Both the position numbers and the translations under genes were made by a program. A stretch of DNA of 64,000 bases from Synergistales bacterium (GTDB lineage: Bacteria > Synergistota > Synergistia > Synergistales > JAFGMB01): NCBI GenBank assembly GCA_963666205.1, contig OY762654.1:1632001-1696000 (forward strand), given 5' to 3'. Positions 10,328-19,848 of the stretch are shown here, one piece after another. Within the stretch, counting starts at the first letter, position 1, and every line of letters begins with the position of its first letter. Under the pieces are notes generated by a model. That model saw nothing but the letters and a program-made list of their open reading frames with translations, did not search any database and was not told the DNA's origin.

Positions 10328-11173
10328 TTATTTCTTTTCGAATTCTTTTACTGCCTTGCTTACCGTTGAATAATGGACCCCGAAATGATTTCCAACTTCC
10401 TTAAGGGTGAACTGACCTGAAAGATATGCCCTTGCCATAGCTTCTTTGCGGTTTGAATATTCAACATCAAAGTATTCGAAGGTTTTCATGGGATTTTTTT
10501 TCTGTCCCCATGGAATTTCTGAAAGGTCTTTTCCAAAACTGTAGTTTTCCTGGAGTTCAGCAATAAATTCTGCACTTCCCAGGAAAACCTGGTGCCTTAT
10601 CTCCTTCTCCAGGTCCATTCTCAATTTTAAACCCTCTTCAACAAATTCCATGTAAAGGGTTCTGGCCAGCTTCTTTGATCTGTCAAAACAGGAAAGGATC
10701 GGGTCGACGTTGAGCCATTTCTCTCGGGCATCAAGTCCGGCAGTAGACCGGTAACTGCTCCATGGATAATCTTCGGCCTTTTCTGTTATGTTTGCCAGGA
10801 CGGGGGTAAGGGCTACATACCGCGCAAGTTCTTTGAGGTAAGCTTTTTTTTCTACCAGGATGGATTTGAATCTTCCCTGGAACAGATGTCCTGCCCCGTC
10901 ATGACGACGGTTGAAGGTCTGGGTGTAGACTCCGTTAAGCAGGCGCATGCCTTTTGAGAGATTTGCCTCGGGGGTTTCAATGATCAGATGGTAATGGTTT
11001 ATCATCAGGCAATAGCCGTGACATATCCATCCCATTCTTGAAATGGTATTGCCCAGGATATCAAGAAATACTTCCCTGTCCTCCCCATTCATGTAAATAT
11101 CCTGTTTTGCGTTTCCCCTTGAGGTTATCAGATACAGGGCGCCTTTGAATTCAATTCTTAGTGGTCTGCTCAT
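10328..11173 (-). mobile_element. HUH Y1 (RAYT / IS200-like) transposase with C-terminal HTH
   Basis: MSRPLRIEF, ITSRGN, YCLMINHYHL (HUH), GHLFQGRFKS, YPWSSY, C-terminal TLKEVGNHFGVHYSTVSKAV; end-like motif caagacctgacccc at 11206-11219 with a degenerate inverted copy at 10303-10316. Confidence 0.85.
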
Positions 11174-11254
11174 GGTTACAGGATACATCAATAATAATAT
11201 TATTCCAAGACCTGACCCCATATGGTTGAGACCGAACCTGAGGGGCGGGGGGTG

Positions 11255-11790
11255 TTATTTGTTGTTTGGGGTTTCTTCGGGATCGTTCTGGGAGGGCTCG
11301 AAGGATTCCCGGGCAGCTTCCTGGTTCAGCCTGATGGCTTCCAGCTTGAAGGCTTCTATGATCTTCTGGAAGTCTGGCATGAGGATGTTTTCTCCCTCCT
11401 GCTTAATAACGAAGATGAGGTGTTCCCCTAGAAATGTGCCCTTAAGAGTGGCGTCAAGCTGTTTTTACGACACGTTGCAGATCCTTCCCACGGTGTCCAC
11501 GGCCACGCCAGTCTCTATTCCCTTTTCCTCGAATTGAATAAGAAGTCTTTTCTTCTGTAAGGGAAGGAATGATTCAATTTTAAGGAATTCCGCCAGGTCT
11601 CTAGCGGGGAGTATCTACCCCCTTATGGTGTAAACCCGGGGGAGAGTGGCCAGTGTCAGTGCCATAACCCTCACTTTCTCAGGCCTATGATCTTTTTCAT
11701 GATGCTGATATTGACAGTGAAGACCCTGCTTCCAGGTTCCAATACCACCACTTGCATCACGGTTTTACCCTGTTTGGGGCCTTCTCCCAT
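11255..11790 (-). pseudogene. cheW: cheW/cheV CheW-domain pseudogene
   Basis: MQVVVLEPGSRVFTVNISIMKKII, a frameshift, then VYTIRG*ILPARDLAEFL...GVAVDTVGRICNVS*...ENILMPDFQKII; internal stops at 11615-11617 and 11465-11467. Confidence 0.8.
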
Positions 11791-11856
11791 TTTTCTCTTT
11801 CTGATTAAAGGCTGTTCATATTTCTTTTGCCCTTAACAGCCTTGTAAAAAGGGTTA

Positions 11857-12645
11857 TCACTTTTTCATCGAATTTGCAATGGCAAGAAGTTCATCGGCGG
11901 TCTGAATGGCTTTTGACCCGGCTTCGTAGGCTCTCTGGGCAGTGATCATGCTAACCATTTCCTCTACCACCTGCACATTGCTTCTTTCAATGGTACCCTG
12001 CACTATAGAGCCGATCCCATCTTCCGATGGTGTGCCCACTATGGGGGCTCCGCTTGCATCAGTCTCAAGGAAAAGACTTTTTCCTGCTGCCAGAAGCCCT
12101 GCAGGGTTGACAAAGCGTGCAAGTTCTATCTCCCCTATTTCCTGGAAGAGAGGATCATCTGCTACTTTGACCGATACTATTCCGGTGTCGCTAATGTTCA
12201 TCTCGGTGGTATCCTCCGGAATTGTCACGGCAGGCTCCAGAATATAGCCGTCCATTGTTACCATCTGGCCTTCCCCGTCTATGCTGAAGGCGCCGTTCCT
12301 TGTGTACGCTATTGATCCGTTGGGGAGAGTGACCTGGAAAAAACCGTCCCCCTGGATCATTATATCCGTAGGGTTATCGGTGACCTCCGCAGTTCCCTGT
12401 CCCATCATTCGCATAGTTCCTGTTACTCTGCTGCCAAGACCTACCTGTACACCAGTGGGTACTGTGGAACCCGGCTCTACAGGTGCCCCCGGCTCTCGAT
12501 CTATCTGGTAGAGGAGATCCTCGAAATCCGCACGCTGCTTCTTGAAGCCGGAGGTATTAACATTGGCAAGGTTGTTGGCTATGACGTCCAGATTCGTCTG
12601 CTGTGCTTTCATGCCTGATGCTGCCGACCAAAGGGCCCTGATCAT
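11857..12645 (-). CDS. flgG: Flagellar distal rod protein FlgG
   Basis: MIRALWSAASGM, ANNLANVNT, FEDLLYQ, YTRNGAF, ERSNVQVVEEM. Confidence 0.95.
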   Translation of the reverse strand: MIRALWSAASGMKAQQTNLDVIANNLANVNTSGFKKQRADFEDLLYQIDREPGAPVEPGSTVPTGVQVGLGSRVTGTMRMMGQGTAEVTDNPTDIMIQGDGFFQVTLPNGSIAYTRNGAFSIDGEGQMVTMDGYILEPAVTIPEDTTEMNISDTGIVSVKVADDPLFQEIGEIELARFVNPAGLLAAGKSLFLETDASGAPIVGTPSEDGIGSIVQGTIERSNVQVVEEMVSMITAQRAYEAGSKAIQTADELLAIANSMKK

Positions 12646-12679
12646 ATGTTTCACTCCCCTTTTCTTTATCGGATCAAAA

Positions 12680-13126
12680 TCATGCCAGGAGAGACAGGAG
12701 ACATCCCTGGATCTCTGTGGTGATACCCATGATCCTGCTTCTTTTTCCTTCCCGGCCTATCACCTTTTCAAGTTCGCTGAGTCCCTTGCGGGTCCTGTCA
12801 ATAAGTAGTCGGGAGGATCCGCATATCATGGAAAAGTCCCTTCGTATCTCCAGCATGGACTCTGCCTTCTGAAGTATCTGACCCACCACACTTCGATACT
12901 CCTCCAGGACCTTGTCAGAGGGAAAGCGGAAAAGCTTCTCCGTCACAATTTCCAGGTCGCTCAGGATATCCCTTGTTTCTACCCTGAGAAGATCTTCCTC
13001 GAAGTTTGCCTTCCCTGCATCTTTTGTCTTTAGCTGAAGTTTTCCGGTTTGGGTCCCCTTTGAACTTTCCATAAAGGATTTTTCCAGAAATATTCCTTCA
13101 GCAACGCAGTTACCGGAAATGCTCAT
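12680..13126 (-). CDS. YaaR/DUF327-like protein
   Basis: Helical protein with LEEYRSVV and C-terminal EIQGCLLSLLA; sigma28-type promoter upstream. Confidence 0.6.
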   Translation of the reverse strand: MSISGNCVAEGIFLEKSFMESSKGTQTGKLQLKTKDAGKANFEEDLLRVETRDILSDLEIVTEKLFRFPSDKVLEEYRSVVGQILQKAESMLEIRRDFSMICGSSRLLIDRTRKGLSELEKVIGREGKRSRIMGITTEIQGCLLSLLA

Positions 13127-13186
13127 TAACGGGCCACCTTTCGGGAACTAGGGCCTTCCTGTAAAAGGAAAGGGACTCCTCATAGA

Positions 13187-13214
13187 GTATCGGTCCTCCC
13201 TGTCCTGCTCTTGA
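13187..13214 (-). promoter_or_regulatory. sigma28 (FliA)-type promoter
   Basis: TCAA-N16-ACCGATAC on the minus strand. Confidence 0.65.
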
Positions 13215-13227
13215 GTAGGAGCGTATA

Positions 13228-14394
13228 TTATTCAAGGGAGGAAATGTACCATCCGCCCTGAAGCTCCGAAAGCTTGAGGGAGACAGATCGGAGTGTTCGT
13301 ATAACCAGCAGTTTCTGGGCGAAGATCACCTTTGCCTCGTCCTTATCTCCTTCATCAACTAGTTTTGAGTCAAGGGGAAGTGTACCGGGCAGGGATCTTT
13401 CCTTCAACAGGGCTTCCAGGTCTTCTGAGCTCTCTATCTCCTCTCGGAAAGCTGGCGAAAGAAAATTCAGCATCTCCATGGAGTCGCCCTTTTTCCATGC
13501 CACCAGAAAAAGCTTCATAATCTGGTTTCGACTGAAGCCTGGAATGATAGGAGCCTCTTCTTTCTTCCGGGAGGGAAAACTCACCTCCGGAAGAATCACT
13601 TTCTTCTGTTCAGCAAAGAGGGGTTTCTGTTTTTTGACCAGTTCCGCCAGGGTCTCATCGAGCCTCTCTCGAAGAAGAGCCTTCTGGCAAGAGAGGGCTT
13701 CTATCTGTTTGAGAAGGATGGACTTTTCTCCCTCCCAGTTGTTCCTGTTATCCTCCAGTTCCTTTTTCCGGATCTCTTCAGCCTGGATCTGCATTTCCTG
13801 AACTTCTGCAACGGAGGCAATCTCAGACTTTTTCTTAACCTTTTCGGTAACTTCCTTCCTCAAACGATTGTCCCGATCCTCGGGAAATTCGAAGGTAAGT
13901 TCTCCTCCCCTGTCTGGAAATAGTACAAGCTCAAAGGGGCCCTCCACAAGAGGAAAGAAGACCAGTCCCTGCACCAGGCCGGTTATGGGACTGTCGAAAA
14001 GGTTGTCGTAGGAAGTGGGAGCCAGTCTTTCACCGTCCGAGGTCTGTAGGAAGAACTTTTCAGATAGAGGTTTGAGCTCAATAGCTCTATCTGTGTAGCT
14101 GTGAAGGGAAAGGAGAACGGGGGTGGATTTATCCATTTTCAGGGAACAGCGGAAATCTTCCGCCATCTTCCCTGTAGGGTCCCCTGCTCCGCCAGTTCTT
14201 GACCTTACCCAGGGATCCACCATATCCTCGGGATAGTGGACCGCCCATACCAGAAAGTCCCTGCCCCAGCGAAAGGCTGTCCTGCCGTCCAGAATGGTCT
14301 CCACAGGGTTTACCCCTCCATTCGAGGGAACAGGGGAAAGAAACAGGAGAAGGGTTAGTGTAACGGTAAAAAAATTAAGGGTTTTACGGATCAT
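13228..14394 (-). CDS. Exported hypothetical protein with central coiled coil
   Basis: Signal peptide, GGAGG RBS, E/K-rich heptad region. Confidence 0.7.
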   Translation of the reverse strand: MIRKTLNFFTVTLTLLLFLSPVPSNGGVNPVETILDGRTAFRWGRDFLVWAVHYPEDMVDPWVRSRTGGAGDPTGKMAEDFRCSLKMDKSTPVLLSLHSYTDRAIELKPLSEKFFLQTSDGERLAPTSYDNLFDSPITGLVQGLVFFPLVEGPFELVLFPDRGGELTFEFPEDRDNRLRKEVTEKVKKKSEIASVAEVQEMQIQAEEIRKKELEDNRNNWEGEKSILLKQIEALSCQKALLRERLDETLAELVKKQKPLFAEQKKVILPEVSFPSRKKEEAPIIPGFSRNQIMKLFLVAWKKGDSMEMLNFLSPAFREEIESSEDLEALLKERSLPGTLPLDSKLVDEGDKDEAKVIFAQKLLVIRTLRSVSLKLSELQGGWYISSLE

Positions 14395-14582
14395 GACAAA
14401 CCTCCGGATATCTTGACTGTATGAAGATTCTTTTGACCATATACAAACCTATAAAAAATATTATAATAATAAACGTTTATATGTCTACTATATATTTTTA
14501 ATTCTTTTCGGAACTGTAATTTCAGAAGATGAGGGGGGCCTTGTTCAAGAGGGGTTCTTCCAGGAAGGAGCTGGTCTAGCCA

Positions 14583-15074
14583 ATGACGGTAAGGATAAAC
14601 ACCCCTCTTATGGGGGAAGTGGATGTGGAGGAGAAGGACCTACTCTTTTTCCCGAGAGGTCTGCCGGGCTTCGAAAAACTGCACCGCTGGGTACTGGCGG
14701 GAGAGGACGATGATTGTATAAAGTGGCTTATCTCAGCCGACCTAGGCCAGATAACTCTGCCGGTGATGGACCCGGTTCTGGTGGATTCCCGTTATTCCCC
14801 CTCTATTCCGGTAGAAGTGCTGGAAGAACTGGAGATAAGGGAATTTAAGGATGCTCTTGTGATTGTTATCCTTAACATTCCCCGGCAGGAGCCCTGGAAG
14901 GGAACGGCCAATCTTCTCGCACCCCTGGTGATAAACCCCGTGAGCCGAAGGGGCAGACAGGTGGTTCTCTATGACGAACGCTACAGCGTCTATTCTCCGC
15001 TGATTTCCGAAGGGGAAGTGCCCCGGGTAGAAACCGGAGAGCCGGAGACTTGCGAAGAAAAGGAGAATAACTGA
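14583..15074 (+). CDS. fliW: Flagellin-sensing CsrA antagonist FliW
   Basis: FPRGLPGFE, TANLLAPLVIN, GRQVVL; translationally coupled to csrA (TGATG). Confidence 0.92.
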   Translation: MTVRINTPLMGEVDVEEKDLLFFPRGLPGFEKLHRWVLAGEDDDCIKWLISADLGQITLPVMDPVLVDSRYSPSIPVEVLEELEIREFKDALVIVILNIPRQEPWKGTANLLAPLVINPVSRRGRQVVLYDERYSVYSPLISEGEVPRVETGEPETCEEKENN

Positions 15075-15328
15075 TGCTTGTCCTCACCAGGCGCAAGGGT
15101 GAAAGCATAGTTCTGGATGTGGGCAACGGCATAGAGATAACCGTCATTGAAGCGGGCAACGGATCAGTAAGGCTGGGCATAGATGCCCCACGGTCGGTGG
15201 ATGTGTGGAGAAAGGAAGTGCTCCTCCAGGTGCAGGACTCCAACAGGACGGCAGCCCAGCTGCCCGAAAAGGGCCTGGAGGGTTTACAGAACCTCCTTAA
15301 AAAGCGAAGCCATACCCAGGAAGGATAG
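15074..15328 (+). CDS. csrA: Carbon storage regulator CsrA (FliW-type, extended C-terminus)
   Basis: [27 protein letters not shown]-x-x-A tail. Confidence 0.95.
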   Translation: MLVLTRRKGESIVLDVGNGIEITVIEAGNGSVRLGIDAPRSVDVWRKEVLLQVQDSNRTAAQLPEKGLEGLQNLLKKRSHTQEG

Positions 15329-15447
15329 ACACAGGGTAATGGAAGCCCTTGAGGGTTCAGAAACACTGGAGTCTGTTTATCAAGCCCATTCCTTCAGGGA
15401 TGAGACCTGGAAGCAGTATGATCCTAAAAATCCTTATGATTATTTTT

Positions 15448-15476
15448 TTGTTTCCAGAACTCAGGACTCTTATATT
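15448..15476 (+). promoter_or_regulatory. sigma70-like promoter upstream of flagellin
   Basis: TTGTTT-N17-TATATT. Confidence 0.4.
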
Positions 15477-15499
15477 TCTCCACGAGGGGCAGGGTCCTG

Positions 15500-15580
15500 C
15501 CGGCGGATTTTGCCCGGAAGTGCTCACTCGGGTGCTTCGGATTCCACGGAAGGAATTTCAAACAACTTACAAGGAGGTTT
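15500..15580 (+). promoter_or_regulatory. CsrA-binding leader of flagellin mRNA
   Basis: Six GGA motifs in about 70 nt; ACGGA in the loop of hairpin attcc-acggaa-ggaat (15541-15556); AAGGA overlapping the SD. Confidence 0.75.
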
Positions 15581-15587
15581 CAGCAAT

Positions 15588-17879
15588 ATGCGTATTTACC
15601 ATAATATCAATTCCATGGTAACCCAGAACAGCCTCAAAACTAACGACAGTTCCCTTTCCAAGTCTCTTACCAGGCTTTCCACAGGTCTCAGGATCAACAG
15701 TGCTGCCGACGATGCAGCAGGACTCGCCATCTCCGAGAAGATGAGGGCCCAGACCTCAGGACTTGACCAGGCTGTGAGTAACTCCCAGGACGGCATTTCA
15801 CTCATCCAGACCGCAGAGGGTGCTCTTAACGAGACCCAGTCCATTCTTCAGAGGATGAGGGAACTCACCGTCCAGGCTGCCAATGACACCCTTACTTCCA
15901 ATGACCGCCAGGCTATGCAGGGTGAGATCGACCAGCTCACCGAGGAGATCGACCGCATTTCCGACACCACTACCTTTAACACCAAGAAGCTCCTGGACGG
16001 TTCCGCTTCTGCTCTGACCTCAACAGATAACGCCAATACAAGCGTTTTCGCAAGGGGTTCCGTAACCAATGAAGGCAACTACAAGATCTCCGTTGATCTT
16101 CTTGAAGCAGGTGTTGGCCAGGTTCAGAAGAGCGACGTTTTCACCATAAAGTCTGATGTAGATGCAGTAGTTGACAAGACAATTGACTCCAGTGCCGGAA
16201 TTACCCAGATGGACGCTTCAAGTCTGGCTTATGATACCTATACCATTAAAACAGACGCTTCTGAAGCTGCAGCTGGAGTAGCATTCGCAATCACAGATTC
16301 TTACATTCAGAATACTGGTGGCGGAGCGACCGATATCTTTGATGGAGATCTTGCAATAGGGTCAAATGCTGTGGATATCAATGCTTCCATTTCGATGGAA
16401 ATTACCGATATCACCGGTGCGGATGTTACTGTTGCGTGGGAAAGTTATGAAATGGCTGCTGATGGAACAACCACCACTTACAGTGGGACCTATACCTGGG
16501 ATTCCGATGGAGCAGATGCTGCTGATGTGGTTTTTGGTACCGTTAAACTGGATATTGCAGGTGGTGGTGGTAGCGGATCAGCCGATATTACAAACCTTAC
16601 TGTTGGAGATAAAAGCATCATAACGCAGTCCGGAGACAACGGAACTGCTGCCCACGATGCCATTACTGTTACTCAGGGAACGGCTGATGCTGCGGCCAAG
16701 TTCGTTTTTGCCGAAGATCAGTTTGACAATGGTACTGCCACAGTCAGCATGTACACAATGGATGCTAATGGAGAAGTTTCTGAGGGTACAATCAGTTTCG
16801 AATTCGGTTCAATGGTTTCTACAGATCCGGCCGCATCTTTTACATATGGCATGTCCGAGGGTGATGTGGCGACTTCAAGCACAACCCTTAAGAACGTTGA
16901 TGCATTCTACGATGCATCAGGGACTTTTCTGCTTGAAGACCCCCAGACCCTTACCATAGTGCAGGGCGATGGACAGAAGGCAACCGTAACCCTTTATGCT
17001 GATGATACTTTGGGCGATGTAGAAACAAAACTTAACGATGCCCTGAAGTCAACCCTTAACCAGGGTGATTATGTCGGTCTTGCAGATAGCGAAAATCTCG
17101 TGCAGTTTATCGACAAAGGTGAAGTTGTTGCCAATACCAATTTCTCAACCAATGGAAACTTTGTTATCAGCAGTGCTGTTACCGGAGCGTCTGGTGAATT
17201 TAATTTCATTGGCGATGAGGCCCTTATAAATGCTATGGGACTTACCGAGATCCAGGCAAGCCAGGAAAACCGCTTCTCACTAGATGTTACTGACGCCCAG
17301 ACAGGGTCTTTCATTGCAAGCGGAGTTGAGCTCACAAGCAACACCCTTGTTGGTGTCGTGGATGCCAACGTGGATGTCCAATTCGACAAAATGGCAAATA
17401 CTGCAGTTTCCTGGGATTCCACCAATAAGGGATGGACAGTGGCAAGTGATACGGGTTCAACCGACATCAACATACACATCGCAGCCCATTCCACCAGGTT
17501 CCAGATCGGCGCAAATGAAGGCGAAACCATGAGCATCGATCTTGGCAATATGTCAGCTGCCGCCCTTGGTGTTGCTAATATTCTTGTTACCGATCTTGAC
17601 AGTTCTTCCCGCTCCATAACAGTTCTTGACAATGCTATCAATAAGGTATCCAAACAGAGGGCGGGCCTGGGTGCTTACCAGAACCGTCTTGAGCACACCA
17701 TCAATAACCTGAGCACGGCCAGCACCAACCTCACTGCTGCCGAAAGCCGTATCCGCGACGTTGACATGGCTGCAGAGATGACCGAGTTCACCAAGAACCA
17801 GATCCTCATGCAGGCTGCCAATGCCATGCTTGGTCAGGCGAACCAGCTCCCACAGCAGGTCCTCTCTCTTCTCAGGTAG
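15588..17879 (+). CDS. fliC: Flagellin (763 aa, large hypervariable region)
   Basis: MRIYHNINS after [62 protein letters not shown]. Confidence 0.97.
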   Translation: MRIYHNINSMVTQNSLKTNDSSLSKSLTRLSTGLRINSAADDAAGLAISEKMRAQTSGLDQAVSNSQDGISLIQTAEGALNETQSILQRMRELTVQAANDTLTSNDRQAMQGEIDQLTEEIDRISDTTTFNTKKLLDGSASALTSTDNANTSVFARGSVTNEGNYKISVDLLEAGVGQVQKSDVFTIKSDVDAVVDKTIDSSAGITQMDASSLAYDTYTIKTDASEAAAGVAFAITDSYIQNTGGGATDIFDGDLAIGSNAVDINASISMEITDITGADVTVAWESYEMAADGTTTTYSGTYTWDSDGADAADVVFGTVKLDIAGGGGSGSADITNLTVGDKSIITQSGDNGTAAHDAITVTQGTADAAAKFVFAEDQFDNGTATVSMYTMDANGEVSEGTISFEFGSMVSTDPAASFTYGMSEGDVATSSTTLKNVDAFYDASGTFLLEDPQTLTIVQGDGQKATVTLYADDTLGDVETKLNDALKSTLNQGDYVGLADSENLVQFIDKGEVVANTNFSTNGNFVISSAVTGASGEFNFIGDEALINAMGLTEIQASQENRFSLDVTDAQTGSFIASGVELTSNTLVGVVDANVDVQFDKMANTAVSWDSTNKGWTVASDTGSTDINIHIAAHSTRFQIGANEGETMSIDLGNMSAAALGVANILVTDLDSSSRSITVLDNAINKVSKQRAGLGAYQNRLEHTINNLSTASTNLTAAESRIRDVDMAAEMTEFTKNQILMQAANAMLGQANQLPQQVLSLLR

Positions 17880-17910
17880 CATCCTGCACCATACCTGTAA
17901 GTAAAACCTC

Positions 17911-17944
17911 AACGAGGCGAGCCCACTGGCCCGCCTCGTTTTTT
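17911..17944 (+). terminator. Intrinsic terminator of flagellin
   Basis: aacgaggcg...cgcctcgtt followed by a T run. Confidence 0.85.
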
Positions 17945-17962
17945 AGTGTTTTGGTATTTTTT

Positions 17963-18186
17963 GCCAGGATGGGCTAAAGCCCATAAATTCCATCAGAAGT
18001 ATTTCCGATTGCGGATTCGGGATTGAAAAACTCAAGTCAAAAGAAGGAAACCTTCTTCGCCGCAAAGCTGCGGAGGACGAAAAGATTAACTCTCACCGTG
18101 GCAATACTGGACAAAATGATGGGACATTGTAATCGATGAGAATCATTTGAAACGAATCGGCAGGATTGGGTTCAGCCTATCCTGCC
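17963..18186. repeat. REP-like hairpins and second heptamer repeat
   Basis: atgggctaaagcccat (17969-17984); atttccg attgcgg attcggg attgaaaa (18001-18029); ggcaggat...atcctgcc (18159-18186). Confidence 0.5.
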
Positions 18187-18382
18187 TTTAAATTTTCATG
18201 AAATATCCACCGCAAATTGGCATTCAACTAAGTTAAGGCGAACTTACAATTCATCCAACATTTATTCCATGTTTTTGGGGAAGAAAAATTCGTTTTTAAA
18301 AGAGTTTTCAGAGAGAGGTGTTTTCGAAAGTAACAAAATTGTAAATTAATGTCTGTTTAGTTAATATAATGAATGAAATCGG

Positions 18383-18410
18383 TTGACAGTATATGAAGTA
18401 TATGTTTAAT
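18383..18410 (+). promoter_or_regulatory. sigma70 promoter for the riboswitch leader
   Basis: TTGACA-N16-TTTAAT. Confidence 0.6.
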
Positions 18411-18464
18411 TATAGAGGCACTATATATAGGGATTTAATTTTGCTGTTCACAGAATGAGAGAGT

Positions 18465-18550
18465 TGAAAAAGGCAAAACCGTCGAAAGGCGGTGACGCAA
18501 AGCCACGGATCTAAAGCCTTGTAAGGTCATGGTAGCCGGGTTGCCGAATA
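18465..18550 (+). ncRNA. c-di-GMP-I (GEMM-I) riboswitch aptamer
   Basis: GGCAAA-ACCGTC-GAAA-GGCGGT-GACGCAAAGC...TCTAAAG...CATGGTAGCCGGGTTGCCGAA: GNRA tetraloop, receptor and conserved junctions. Confidence 0.95.
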
Positions 18551-18571
18551 TTATGAGAAACGATGTTCGGT

Positions 18572-18607
18572 ACGCCTTTGGTTTGATATTCCCCAAAGGC
18601 GTTTTTT
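18572..18607 (+). terminator. Riboswitch expression-platform terminator
   Basis: acgcctttgg...ccaaaggcgt followed by tttttt. Confidence 0.9.
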
Positions 18608-18718
18608 ATTCATCCGATACCAGGATAAAATAACTTGTTTTAAATAACGTTATTTATGTTAGAATAAGTTTCATGTTAAGCGATGAACAATTTCTCAAAT
18701 TCTAGGGATGGTGAAAAT

Positions 18719-19213
18719 ATGTCCATGTACTTTTATTATGTCGGGCGATCTGTAAGGATCACTCTGCTTGACCCAGACAACTATATCTACATGGAACGGG
18801 TCAGGTGTCTTGCTTCCTTTGTTTCTGAAGCAGTGGAAAAGTGGGAGCGGTCTTGCGATCCATCTTTAAAAAGTACAGATTTGCCAAAACATCTTGCCTA
18901 TGTCCTACGCAAGCTTGCTGAAATGCTTCCTTATGACGATATCAAAAAAATCCCCGAGCAGAGTTTCTACAAAAACGCGTCTGTCCTTCTGCATAGTTCA
19001 GGTAAGACTAGGTCGGAACATGCTTTGAAGATACTTTGCGAAGGTTTTGCCAGGATCCAGAACCGCCTGGACCATGGACTTAAACCCTTTGATACCTGGA
19101 CCCTGATGCCTATATTGGAGATCCAGCAAACAGGAATAAAGGATTCTGTTGCAGGTAAAAGGATGTCCTTTCTGGAACGGAAAGACAAAACCCCATTGCT
19201 TCTGGCCAATTGA
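18719..19213 (+). CDS. Riboswitch-controlled hypothetical protein (164 aa)
   Basis: ORF directly after the riboswitch terminator; GGTGA RBS before ATG 18719; no family recognised. Confidence 0.7.
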   Translation: MSMYFYYVGRSVRITLLDPDNYIYMERVRCLASFVSEAVEKWERSCDPSLKSTDLPKHLAYVLRKLAEMLPYDDIKKIPEQSFYKNASVLLHSSGKTRSEHALKILCEGFARIQNRLDHGLKPFDTWTLMPILEIQQTGIKDSVAGKRMSFLERKDKTPLLLAN

Positions 19214-19269
19214 CTGGATAAAAGGAGAAAATATTTCCTAAAGGATCTTAATCAGATCCTTTATCGCTT

Positions 19270-19848
19270 TTACCCCTTGGGGTGCTGCTTTTTAGGGACC
19301 CTGGCAGTTTTCTTTTCTCCTTCAATGGCTTTACCGGTTTCCCGGGCAAGGTCCTGGAGAAGAGAGTCGTCCTCGGCTTCTGTCCCGCCGAAAAAGCTTT
19401 CGAGTTTTCCTCCTAGCTCATTCATGGGTGAAGGCAGGCCCCTGCGTTCCAGATCCTTGTCGAAAAGCAGTGCGAAAAGAACGCTTACAAGGCTGCCTGA
19501 ATTTATGACTCCCAGGTAATCCGTCTCCATTTCCTTGAGGTAGGGAAGGTAATGAGGCATTAGCTCATGGTCGGATGTGAGCTTAAGATATTTGATAAGC
19601 TTATTGGCAGGCAGGAATTCCGGATGGCGCATGGATTGTTTGAGAAGAGTAGTAAGATATTTGTAATTGGGAAAACTTGAACTTCTAGTGCCGTCGAGGC
19701 CTGATTTTTCCCAGTTGGCCACAGTCACATTGCCAACTTCCATGAGTTCTGCGAACTGAAGCTGGGTAAGGCCCAGACTCAGTCTGAGTTTACGTATGTA
19801 TTCCCCTGAAACAACGGGAGCAAATTTCTCTTTACCGTTGTTACTCAT
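19270..19848 (-). CDS. XRE/Cro-family HTH transcriptional regulator
   Basis: IRKLRLSLGLTQLQFAELMEVGNVTVANWE; GGAGG RBS. Confidence 0.85.
   Translation of the reverse strand: MSNNGKEKFAPVVSGEYIRKLRLSLGLTQLQFAELMEVGNVTVANWEKSGLDGTRSSSFPNYKYLTTLLKQSMRHPEFLPANKLIKYLKLTSDHELMPHYLPYLKEMETDYLGVINSGSLVSVLFALLFDKDLERRGLPSPMNELGGKLESFFGGTEAEDDSLLQDLARETGKAIEGEKKTARVPKKQHPKG

Noticed and set aside
15183-15587. 135-aa N-terminal extension of flagellin in the 898-aa ORF
   Set aside because: It overlaps csrA and the regulatory leader; the canonical MRIYHN start has a strong SD at 15571
16100-17480. Enzymatic (flagellinolysin-type) domain in the flagellin variable region
   Set aside because: No HExxH or other catalytic motif seen
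18240-18345. Invertible phase-variation switch upstream of the riboswitch (ttacaatt/aattgtaa)
   Set aside because: Only 8 bp of AT-rich inverted repeat and no recombinase nearby
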